A DNA stretch of 64,000 nt from an uncultured delta proteobacterium. Its GTDB lineage: Bacteria > Desulfobacterota > Binatia > HRBIN30 > BPIQ01. The notes under the pieces were generated by a model, which was not told the origin of the DNA, searched no databases, and worked only from the letters and a program-made list of their open reading frames with translations. Shown here piece by piece: positions 1-8,167 of this stretch. Each line of letters starts with the position of its first letter. Positions within the stretch are counted from its first letter, which is position 1. Made by a program: the position numbers and the translations under genes. The stretch is taken from contig CAVXGR010000018.1 in NCBI GenBank assembly GCA_963761335.1, positions 1 through 64,000 on the forward strand. The letters are read 5' to 3'.

Positions 1-1422
1 GCGACGCCGACGATCACACCGACAGCCACGCCGTCGCGCACGCCGACGGTGACCCCGACGCGCACCTGGACGTCGACGCCGGCGGCGACCTCCACCGGGA
101 CGCCGCCGACGGCGACGCCTTCGGCCACCCCGACGCCGAGCCGCACGCCTACGGGTACTGCAACCCGGACGCCGACGCCGACCCGCACCGCTACGCCCCA
201 ACCGTCGCCGGTCTGCGGCAATGGCACATTGGAGCCGGGCGAAGCCTGTGACGACGGCAACACCCTCGACTGCGACGGCTGCTCGTCGTCCTGTCAGATC
301 GAGCTTGGCTATCTGTGCGGCGATGGGACGGTGAACGAGGTCTGTGGCGAGACCTGCGACGACAGCAACACGGTCGACGGCGACGGCTGCTCGGCGAGCT
401 GCGCCGAGCAGGCCGCGCCCGAGAACCTCAGCGCGGCGGCGACGCCGAACGTGCCGGTCAGCACCGACACCGAGAACGACGGCGCCACCAGCGCGGATCC
501 GATTGAGTCGTCGGTTACTTCACCCTACGCCGGAATGGTGTCGATCGCGGAGACCTCGACGGTCGATCCTGCGCCGAGCGGCTACACCTTCCTCAGCCAG
601 CAGGTGGGAATCTCCTTCACCTGCGATTCGCCGCCATGCCCGAGCGCGGCGGCGCCTCTGGCTCTCGCCTTCCGCATCGATCAATCGCGCATCCCGGTCG
701 GTCAGGACGAGAACACGATCACGGTTTTCCGCAACGGCATCCCCGTCGGCGAGTGCCCCGGATCGACGGTGGCGAGCCCGGATCCCTGCGCCAGCAGCCG
801 GGTCTTTCTCGGCGACGGCGACGTCGAGATCACCGTGCTGACGTCGGAGGCGAGTGAGTGGAATCTCGGCGTCGCGGCCCAGGCGCAGGCGATCCCGGCG
901 CGGCGTCTGGTGATTGTCGACCCTCCGAACCCGTCCCGGCGAAAGCTGGTCTTCGTGTCGAAGGACCGGCAGATCGGCACCGGCGTTCCGGGTACGAGCG
1001 CCGACCCGCGGTGTTCGAGCCCGGGAGGAGGCGGCGGTCGCCTGCAGGTTTTCGGCACTGGCTCCTCGTCGCAGAGCATCGACGTCGAGCTTCCCTGCCA
1101 GCACTGGGCGGCGATCGGTCGCCCGGAGGACCAGAAGGGATACGTCTATCACGATCGGCATCAGGAGGACGGCCCCTGCAAGGTTGTGCTCATCCGCAAG
1201 GGACGGCGCGCCAAAGCCGCATGCAACGGCCACAATCCCGCTTACCCGCTGCCCTACGATCTCACCAACGCGGGCGAAGGCAGCGTCGGGGTGGTGCTCA
1301 CCACCGGCACGGCGCGGCAGTACTGCGCCGAGGCCGGTGGCGCCACCGTCGTGCACGATGATGCCAAGCATTTCGTGGCGCGCCAGGCGGGCGCGCCCGC
1401 GGTTTGTCCGGTGCCGCCCTGA
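1..1422 (+). CDS. Secreted Pro/Thr-linker protein with Myxococcus-type Cys-rich repeats (DUF4215-like); 5' end outside window
   Basis: Frame is open from position 1. Long PT-rich linker, two CG(N/D)G...GE.CDD.N...DGCS..C repeats, Cys-containing C-terminal domain. Confidence 0.75.
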   Translation, partial: ATPTITPTATPSRTPTVTPTRTWTSTPAATSTGTPPTATPSATPTPSRTPTGTATRTPTPTRTATPQPSPVCGNGTLEPGEACDDGNTLDCDGCSSSCQIELGYLCGDGTVNEVCGETCDDSNTVDGDGCSASCAEQAAPENLSAAATPNVPVSTDTENDGATSADPIESSVTSPYAGMVSIAETSTVDPAPSGYTFLSQQVGISFTCDSPPCPSAAAPLALAFRIDQSRIPVGQDENTITVFRNGIPVGECPGSTVASPDPCASSRVFLGDGDVEITVLTSEASEWNLGVAAQAQAIPARRLVIVDPPNPSRRKLVFVSKDRQIGTGVPGTSADPRCSSPGGGGGRLQVFGTGSSSQSIDVELPCQHWAAIGRPEDQKGYVYHDRHQEDGPCKVVLIRKGRRAKAACNGHNPAYPLPYDLTNAGEGSVGVVLTTGTARQYCAEAGGATVVHDDAKHFVARQAGAPAVCPVPP

Positions 1423-1452
1423 GCAGGACGAGCGGCGCGGCGACCTCGGCGG

Positions 1453-2118
1453 CTAACCCGCCGGCACCACGTAGATGTCGGCGGCGACCTCGGGCTCGAG
1501 GGCGATGTCGGTGCCGCCCACCTGGAGCATGAAGGCGGGGAGGCGCTGGTGCAGGCGCAGCACGCCGCCCGGCATGATGCCGAGGGCGCACAGCCGGTCG
1601 AGGCGCTCGTGGAGCCGCGAGGCGATGAAGACGATGCGGTAGACGGCGCCGATCCTGCCCTCGCTCAGCGGTGTCACCAGCGGCCGCACCTCGCGCGCCA
1701 GCGTCTCACAGCAGCGGCCTCGCGGGATCGGCCGGTCGTGTGGACAGGTCGGCGGATGACCGAGGAAGGCGCAGACGCGCTCGGTGGCCTCGTCGGAGAG
1801 CACGTGTGAGTGCTCGAGCTCGCAGGCCCCTGCCTCCATGGAGTCGGCGTCGACGCGGATGACGTCGAAGAGCAGGCGCTCGGCGAGCCGGTGGCGACGG
1901 ATCACGCCGGCGGCGCGGGTCTCTCCGGCGGCGGAGAGCTCGAGGCGGTCTCCGCGTCGGTTCACCCAGCCGCGTCGGGCGGCTTCGCGCGCCGCCGCCT
2001 CTGGGGCGAAATCGAATCGCTGGCCGCCGAGATCGGCGCTCGCCGCGACGCCCTGCTCGCGCAGGCACCAGAGCCGCTCGAGAATCTCCTCGACCTGCTC
2101 CTCGACAGGCGACCTCAT
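1453..2118 (-). CDS. DtxR/MntR-family metal-dependent regulator with C-terminal FeoA domain
   Basis: RRHRLAERLL, ACELEH and LGHPPTCPHDRPIP motifs; FeoA-like tail RLCALGIMPG. ATG at 2118 overlaps the upstream stop (ATGA). Confidence 0.9.
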   Translation of the reverse strand: MRSPVEEQVEEILERLWCLREQGVAASADLGGQRFDFAPEAAAREAARRGWVNRRGDRLELSAAGETRAAGVIRRHRLAERLLFDVIRVDADSMEAGACELEHSHVLSDEATERVCAFLGHPPTCPHDRPIPRGRCCETLAREVRPLVTPLSEGRIGAVYRIVFIASRLHERLDRLCALGIMPGGVLRLHQRLPAFMLQVGGTDIALEPEVAADIYVVPAG

Positions 2119-2318
2119 CGGTGCTCTCCGGCGCGGCGCAAGCGCTGCGACAGCCAGCGGGTGAGGCGGGTGGGGGCGGGCACCTCGTAGCCGCAGTGTG
2201 GGCAGCGCAGCAAGGCGCAGCCAGGCGACAGAGGACAGATCGGACGGCAGCAGCGGCCCTCCGCCTCGCCGTATCTGCCGCCGCACAGCGGACAGGTGAT
2301 CAGCGGCTCGCGGCTCAT
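2115..2318 (-). CDS. Small Cys-rich (8 Cys) zinc-ribbon/FeoC-like protein, 67 aa
   Basis: MSREPLITCPLCGG...CC...C...C...CPHCGYE; ATGA overlaps with feoB and with the dtxR-like gene. Confidence 0.8.
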   Translation of the reverse strand: MSREPLITCPLCGGRYGEAEGRCCRPICPLSPGCALLRCPHCGYEVPAPTRLTRWLSQRLRRAGEHR

Positions 2319-4486
2319 GGCAGACCCACGGCGCGCAGCCCCAGGTTCACGGCGGCGCCGACGATGAAGGCGAAGGGAAAGATGAACGCCGACATCGCCG
2401 CCGCCGTGCGCAGGCCTCGCTCCTTGACGATGATGAAGAAGTTGGCGACGCAGGGGACGAAGAGGGTGATGGTGACCAGCGCCACCACCGCCTGCACCGG
2501 CGAGAGCTGTCCCTGCTGGAAGAGGGCATAGATTCCCGCCGAGCCGTAGTCGCGGCGGAAGAAGCCGATCAGAAAGGCCTCGGCGGACTTGGGCGGCAGG
2601 CTCAGCAGGCCGACCACCACCGGCTCGCTGGCGCGCACGATACGCGCCAGAGCCCCGGTGGCGTCGAGGACGAAGAGGACGAAGGTGCCGAGCACGAATA
2701 CGGGAACCGCCTCTTTCAGATACCACTCCAGCCGCCCCACGGTCTTCACGGCGATGTTGGCGAGCTGTGGGCGGCGCATCGGGGGAATCTCGAGGATCAG
2801 GTCGGAACGGTCTCCCGGCAGGAGCTGCGAGGCAAGAAAGCCGACGGCGAACAGAACGCCGGTCACCACGCCCGCCCACACCAGCGGCGCCCACCACGGC
2901 AGAGCGCCGAAGAGGCCGAGGATCACTCCGAGCTGCGCCGAGCACGGCACGCCGAGCGCCAGGAGCAGGGTCACGACGAGGCGCTCCTTGCGCGTCTCCA
3001 TGATGCGCGCCGTCAGCGTCGCCATGGTGTCGCAGCCGAGCCCGAGGACCATGGGCAGCACGGCCTTGCCGTTCAGGCCCATTTTGCGGAAGACGCGGTT
3101 TACCACTACCGCCAGGCGCGGCAGATAGCCGGAGTCCTCGAGAATCGAGAAGGCGATGAAGAAGGCGGTGACGATGGGGAGAATGATTGCCAGCGCGTAG
3201 GTGAGCGCCACGGTGATCAGGCCGTACGGTCCGACGAGCATGTCGCGCAGGAGGTGGAGGTCCGCGGCGCTGGCGCCGATCCAGCGCGCCGCCTCGGCGA
3301 CCGACCAGTCCACGGCTCCCACTGCCGCCGGGCCGAGGTAGCGGCCGAAGACGGCATGCTCGAGAAAGTCGACGGCAGTGCCGGCGGCGAAGACGCCGAC
3401 AAAGCGGTAGAGAACGTACAGGACCACGGCGAGAACCGCGAGGCTCGAGCCGGGACGCACCGACCAGCGGCCGACCGCGGCGCGCATCCCGGCGCTGGCG
3501 TAGGCCGCCGCAGCGGCGGCGCCGAGGGCAGCCCAGCCGGCGATTCGCAGTGGCGTCGCGGCGACAGGCGGCAGGGCACCGGTGTCGCCGGCCATGAGGA
3601 CGGCGGCCCCGACCAACGCCAGGATGCCGAAGGGAAGCCAGCGCCGCGGCTCGCTGTGTGCCGCCGATTCGTCTGCGTCCGCGTGGCTGACCTCGGCCGC
3701 CAGCCGCTCGGCTGCGGCCATGCGCGTCCGCCCGATCCGGTAGCGAGGCGGGGCGGCCGACGAGGCCTGGAGCGAACGGCGCACCTCCTCGATCCTCTCC
3801 AGGGCGGCGGCGGGCAGGTGGTGTGCCAGCCAGGGATGCATGGTCTCGTCTCCGGCGAGACACAGGAGCGCCAGCCAGCGAGGGCCGAGCCCGAAGCCGG
3901 TGAGCGACCCCTGAATCCGCGCCACCGCTTCCTCGACGGCGTCGGGATAGGTGACTCGGCGGTGGCTCACGGCGGCGGCGGAGAGACTCGCAGCCAGATC
4001 CTTCAATCCCTGCCCGGTGATGGCGATGGTGGGCACCACCGGCACCCCGAGGGCGTCCGCAAGCGCGGCGGTGTCGATGCGCAGCCCGCGGTCCGCGGCT
4101 TCGTCCAGCATGTTGACCACGAGGACGAAGGGCAGGGCGGCCTCGGCGAGCTGCAGCGACACGGCGAGGCCGCGGACCAAATTCTTGGCGTCGACCACCT
4201 GCACGACGCATTCGACGCCGGCGAGCAGGATGTCGCGGGTCACCTGCTCGTCCTCGGAGTTGGGGGTGAGACTATTGGCTCCCGGGGTGTCGATCACCTC
4301 GACCTCGGGATTGGCGCGGGCCCGCGCCCGCGCCACCTCGACGGTCGTTCCCGGATAGTTGCTCACCGTGGCGTAGGTGCCGGTCAGCGCCCCGAAGACG
4401 ACGCTCTTGCCGACGTTCGGGTTGCCGACCAGGGCAATGCGCCGAACGCCCGCGAGCGCCTCCTCGAGATTCTCTGCTGGCTGCAC
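2315..4486 (-). CDS. feoB: Ferrous iron transporter FeoB
   Basis: G1 GNPNVGKS, NYPGTTVE, DTPG, NMLD; membrane motifs LEDSGYLPR, GLGC, VPCSAQL. Start (GTG 4486) uncertain. Confidence 0.93.
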   Translation of the reverse strand: MQPAENLEEALAGVRRIALVGNPNVGKSVVFGALTGTYATVSNYPGTTVEVARARARANPEVEVIDTPGANSLTPNSEDEQVTRDILLAGVECVVQVVDAKNLVRGLAVSLQLAEAALPFVLVVNMLDEAADRGLRIDTAALADALGVPVVPTIAITGQGLKDLAASLSAAAVSHRRVTYPDAVEEAVARIQGSLTGFGLGPRWLALLCLAGDETMHPWLAHHLPAAALERIEEVRRSLQASSAAPPRYRIGRTRMAAAERLAAEVSHADADESAAHSEPRRWLPFGILALVGAAVLMAGDTGALPPVAATPLRIAGWAALGAAAAAAYASAGMRAAVGRWSVRPGSSLAVLAVVLYVLYRFVGVFAAGTAVDFLEHAVFGRYLGPAAVGAVDWSVAEAARWIGASAADLHLLRDMLVGPYGLITVALTYALAIILPIVTAFFIAFSILEDSGYLPRLAVVVNRVFRKMGLNGKAVLPMVLGLGCDTMATLTARIMETRKERLVVTLLLALGVPCSAQLGVILGLFGALPWWAPLVWAGVVTGVLFAVGFLASQLLPGDRSDLILEIPPMRRPQLANIAVKTVGRLEWYLKEAVPVFVLGTFVLFVLDATGALARIVRASEPVVVGLLSLPPKSAEAFLIGFFRRDYGSAGIYALFQQGQLSPVQAVVALVTITLFVPCVANFFIIVKERGLRTAAAMSAFIFPFAFIVGAAVNLGLRAVGLP

Positions 4487-4533
4487 GGACGAGCAGGGGG
4501 AGCAGGAAGCATACCCGCCCCGCCCCCCGCTCT

Positions 4534-4567
4534 GGGTGTTGAGGTGTTGAGGTGTTGGGTGTTGGGG
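4534..4567. repeat. Short tandem repeat GGTGTTG(A) x4, family C
   Basis: gggtgttgaggtgttgaggtgttgggtgttgggg; reverse-complement relatives near 41412, 46272 and 46394. Confidence 0.65.
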
Positions 4568-4688
4568 AAGGAGGCCTTCGCCGTTGCGCCGCGAGTCTCC
4601 GGCGCGCCGCGTTTCCTGAAGTTGGGAATGAATCGGCCGGCGGTTCCTTGACACGCGGATTCGATCCCGCAATGGTCGCGGCAATCCG

Positions 4689-5360
4689 ATGATCACCGTT
4701 CACCACCTGGAGAACTCCCGGTCCCAGCGCGTGCTCTGGCTGCTCGAGGAGCTCGGGCTGGAATACGAGGTCAAGCGCTACGAGCGGGACAAGACCACCA
4801 GCCTGGCCCCGCCGGAGCTCAGGGCGGTTCACCCGCTCGGGAAGTCGCCGGTGATCGAGGACGACGGGGTGATCGTCGCCGAGACGGGGGCGATCATCGA
4901 GTACATCATCGACAGGTACGGCAACGGGCGCCTGATCCCTCCGCCGGGGTCCGCGGAAAGATTGCGCTACACCTACTGGATGCACATGGCCGAGGGCACG
5001 GTGATGCCGCTGCTGGTGATGACGCTGATCTTCAACCGCATCGAGACCACCGCTCCATGGCTGGTGCGCCCGATCGCCAAGGGGATCTCGTCCCAGGTGC
5101 GCTCGGCCTACATCGGGCCGAACCTGAAGGCCTGCCTCGACCACATGGAGGCCGAGCTCGGCAAGAGCACCTGGTTCGCCGGCGAGGAGCTGACCGCCGC
5201 CGATATGATGATGAGCTTCCCGGTCGAGGCCGCCGCGGTGCGGGCGAACCTCGCATCGGAGTACCCGAAGCTCGCCGCCTTTTTGGACCGGATCCACGCC
5301 CGTCCCGCCTACAAGGCCGCTCTCGAGCGCGGTGGGCCATACGCGCTGCTGAGCAGCTAG
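4689..5360 (+). CDS. Glutathione S-transferase
   Basis: HHLENSRSQRVLWLLEEL, HPLGKSPV, ETGAIIEY, LTAAD. Confidence 0.95.
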   Translation: MITVHHLENSRSQRVLWLLEELGLEYEVKRYERDKTTSLAPPELRAVHPLGKSPVIEDDGVIVAETGAIIEYIIDRYGNGRLIPPPGSAERLRYTYWMHMAEGTVMPLLVMTLIFNRIETTAPWLVRPIAKGISSQVRSAYIGPNLKACLDHMEAELGKSTWFAGEELTAADMMMSFPVEAAAVRANLASEYPKLAAFLDRIHARPAYKAALERGGPYALLSS

Positions 5361-5382
5361 GCCGCCTGCCCACAGGATGCGA

Positions 5383-5751
5383 ATGACACCCGAACAGGTC
5401 ATCAGAGATTTCTGTGCCGCCATTCACAAGCGCGACCTGAAGGAGATCTGCTCCTTCTTCAGCGAGGATGCGGTCTACCACAACATCCCCATTGCCCCGG
5501 TGCAGGGGCATGCGGCGATCTCAGACGTTCTGCAGCAGTTCATCGGCCCGGCGACCGATGCGGAGTTCGAGCTCCTCGCCATTGCCGCCGTCGGCGACAA
5601 GGTGCTCACCGAACGCGTCGACCGCTTCACCATCATGGGCAAGAAGATCGCCTTGCCGGTCATGGGAACGTTCGAGGTGAACGCCGACGGCAAGATCACC
5701 GCCTGGCGCGATTACTTCGACATGGCGCAGTTCACCAGCCAGGTCGGGTAG
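5383..5751 (+). CDS. Limonene-1,2-epoxide hydrolase family protein (NTF2-like)
   Basis: YHNIP, VLTERVD, PVMGTFEV, WRDYFD motifs. Alternative ATG at 5377. Confidence 0.92.
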   Translation: MTPEQVIRDFCAAIHKRDLKEICSFFSEDAVYHNIPIAPVQGHAAISDVLQQFIGPATDAEFELLAIAAVGDKVLTERVDRFTIMGKKIALPVMGTFEVNADGKITAWRDYFDMAQFTSQVG

Positions 5752-5792
5752 GCCGTCGCGGCGCATTGCACCCCGACTCTGTCCAACGATGA

Positions 5793-5843
5793 AGTAGAAG
5801 CGCGTCCCGGCGCTTTCCGAAGCGGCAAGACGCCGCTTCTACT
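5793..5843. repeat. GTAG-type REP doublet (REPIN-like), family A copy 1
   Basis: AGTAGAAGCGCGTCCCGGCGCTT...AAGCGGCAAGACGCCGCTTCTACT; five copies in the window. Confidence 0.85.
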
Positions 5844-6690
5844 CGGCCCGCGGGCCGGCGGCACTCAACTTGCGCAGAGTTTGAGACAATGTCTTCCCGT
5901 CGCTGCGCAGCAGCCGGCACAGGCGCAGGATGACGTACACGGGCAGATAGAAGCCCGCCGCCTCGAACACGATGCTGTAGCCGTACAGAAGCGCGATCTG
6001 CTCGGGGAGGCCGGCGCTCACATAGGCACCGTCCCCGTCGACGGCGATCTCGCGCACGCTGGTCAGGAAGGCCGGCGTGTACCAGGTCGCCGCGATCAGC
6101 GCCACGGTGAGATACCAGAGCAGCAGGCCGCGGCGATCGTCGCCGCCGGCGCGCCCTCCGCGCGCCGCGTAGCCGATGGCGAGCGCATAGCAGAAGAAGA
6201 GAGTCAGCAGCGAGCCTTTCGAGAACAGCGCCCGCGCCGTCAGCTCGGCAGACGCGGCGCCGGTGGCCAACCGTACCCGTATTTCGAGGGAGCCGACGGC
6301 GATCATCGCCGCAAGGCCGAGGACGATCGCGGCGCCGACCTGCAGCGCGCGGCGGTCGTGCTCGCGGACGCCGCGCACGATCTGGAACGCCGCCAGCAGC
6401 AATACCCCACCCTCGAAGAAGCCGAGGATGAGCGGCAGCGCCGGAAAGCCCACCGGCACGGCGCCGAATAGCCGCACCGCGGGCAGGGTACGTATGCCGC
6501 TGCTCTGCGCCAGCAGCTCGACGCCCGTGCCGTACAAGCCGCCGATGAAGTATGCCCACAATGGACGCTGGTCGCCGGTGCGCCACCACAGCCCGATGAC
6601 CAGAACCCACGCCGCGAGCGCGATGATCAGCTCGAAGCTGTACAACGCCTGATTCGAGTAGCGCACGACGTAGTAATCGAGCGGGCTCAT
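5839..6690 (-). CDS. Hypothetical multi-pass membrane protein
   Basis: 283 aa with about 7 hydrophobic segments; stop codon lies inside the REP element. Confidence 0.75.
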   Translation of the reverse strand: MSPLDYYVVRYSNQALYSFELIIALAAWVLVIGLWWRTGDQRPLWAYFIGGLYGTGVELLAQSSGIRTLPAVRLFGAVPVGFPALPLILGFFEGGVLLLAAFQIVRGVREHDRRALQVGAAIVLGLAAMIAVGSLEIRVRLATGAASAELTARALFSKGSLLTLFFCYALAIGYAARGGRAGGDDRRGLLLWYLTVALIAATWYTPAFLTSVREIAVDGDGAYVSAGLPEQIALLYGYSIVFEAAGFYLPVYVILRLCRLLRSDGKTLSQTLRKLSAAGPRAE

Positions 6691-6775
6691 CGAGCGGCTG
6701 CTGGAATATCAGCCTGCATCCCGGGAAGATAGGCGCTCTTCTGCTTGCACAAGGCTCTGCAGCTCGGGCATTGCG

Positions 6776-8155
6776 GTGGGCGTGGGCGTCGGGCTGATTG
6801 CGGCAGGGCTCTTGCTCGGGCTGTGGATCGCCGCGGAGGTGGCGGTGCGCTGGTGGACGGCGCGCGGGCTGCGCACCGACTTCTACGGCTCGATCTCTCG
6901 CTCCGATGTCCATGAGCGACAGGTGCGCCACGGCGTTGTGCCGCTCTCGGGACCGGGATGGGTTCATCTCGGCTGGATCGCCGACCCAGAGCGCGAGCAC
7001 TATCGCGTCGAGCGCTGCGAGGACGGCACCTGGAAGACGGTCGGGCGGACGCCGTATGGCTCGTTCCTGATGCAGGGCGGCGGGCGGTTCCGCGTCTGTG
7101 CCGAGCCTCGGCGCGGCGGCGAGGCTCGCGTCCTCGGCGAGGCCGATGTCGAGCCGGGCAGAGGCGATGCGCCGCTCTTCGCTCCGGAGCGCGCCGGCCC
7201 GTGGCGCCGGCTCTACCGGCCGTCGAGATGGGGCGACTACGTCAACGACCATGTGATCTATCGCGATGCCGCCGGGCGCTGGCGGCTGCTGGGAATCACC
7301 GCGAAGGGGGATGGCGATTACTCGCGGGAGAAGTTCTTCACCGCGGCGGTGGAGTCGGGCTCGGGCACGCGCTTCCCGCCGAGCGAGATGATCGAGGAGG
7401 AGCCGGTCGGCGATCTCGGAGAGCTGGCGTGGGCGCCGCACGTGCTCGACAGCGGGGGGACGTATCATCTCTTCTGGTCGCCTCACCGGCTGCACCGCAT
7501 GACCTCGGCGGACGGCGTGCACTGGCGGGATCACCGCATCGTCATCGAGGCGCCGCAGCACCGCTTCTTTCGCGACGCCATGGTTCTCGAGGTCGCTCCC
7601 GGGCAGTGGCTTCTGTACGCCACCGGACGCGGCGCCTACTTCTCGCGGGTCGACGTCTACCAGTCGTTCGATCTCGCCGGATGGCAGTATATCGGTGCGG
7701 CTCTGCGCACCGCCTGGGGCAGCGAGCGCAACGCCCTTTTCGCCTCCACCGAGTCGCCGACGTCGATACCCTTCGCCGGCCGCTACTATCTTGCGGTAAC
7801 CTACAACAACGATTCGTTCGTGTGGACGGCTCTTCTGCTACCGCTGAAGATCTGGCCGTGGCGCCGCTCGTACAACAATACGCTGGTGTTCCACTCCGAC
7901 AACCCCTACGAGTTCGGCGTCTATCGCGGTCGCCGCCGCAGCCCGTCGCTGCTCACCCGCATCGAGGCGCACGCGCCCGAGCTGGTGCGCGACGGCGACC
8001 AATGGTGGATCACCACCGCCGGCTGGCCGTGGGTGGCGAGCCTCACCGAGGGCGAGGTCGCGGTGGCGCCGCTGCGCTGGCGGCGGGTGAGTCCGGGCCC
8101 TCGGAGAAATGAAGAATCAAGGACCGGTGACCGGGAATTGAGAACCGGGCAATGA
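6776..8155 (+). CDS. Membrane-anchored five-bladed beta-propeller glycoside hydrolase (GH32/GH43-like)
   Basis: N-terminal TM; YVNDH, WAPHV, FRD and ESP motifs typical of GH32/43/62/68-type propellers. Confidence 0.7.
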   Translation: MGVGVGLIAAGLLLGLWIAAEVAVRWWTARGLRTDFYGSISRSDVHERQVRHGVVPLSGPGWVHLGWIADPEREHYRVERCEDGTWKTVGRTPYGSFLMQGGGRFRVCAEPRRGGEARVLGEADVEPGRGDAPLFAPERAGPWRRLYRPSRWGDYVNDHVIYRDAAGRWRLLGITAKGDGDYSREKFFTAAVESGSGTRFPPSEMIEEEPVGDLGELAWAPHVLDSGGTYHLFWSPHRLHRMTSADGVHWRDHRIVIEAPQHRFFRDAMVLEVAPGQWLLYATGRGAYFSRVDVYQSFDLAGWQYIGAALRTAWGSERNALFASTESPTSIPFAGRYYLAVTYNNDSFVWTALLLPLKIWPWRRSYNNTLVFHSDNPYEFGVYRGRRRSPSLLTRIEAHAPELVRDGDQWWITTAGWPWVASLTEGEVAVAPLRWRRVSPGPRRNEESRTGDRELRTGQ

Positions 8156-8156
8156 T
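8104..8156. repeat. GAGAAT../ACCGGTGACCGG repeat, family D partial copy
   Basis: gagaaatgaagaatcaaggaccggtgaccgggaattgagaaccgg resembles the arms at 41257-41304 and 46328-46352. Confidence 0.55.
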
Positions 8157-8167
8157 GTGCGCGTTCC

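Noticed and set aside
1..210. ACGCCG-rich tandem repeats as a DNA-level repeat
   Set aside because: They encode the Pro/Thr linker, as do those at about 48330-48555.
4487..4688. DtxR or Fur box upstream of feoB
   Set aside because: No convincing AT-rich 19-bp palindrome is visible.
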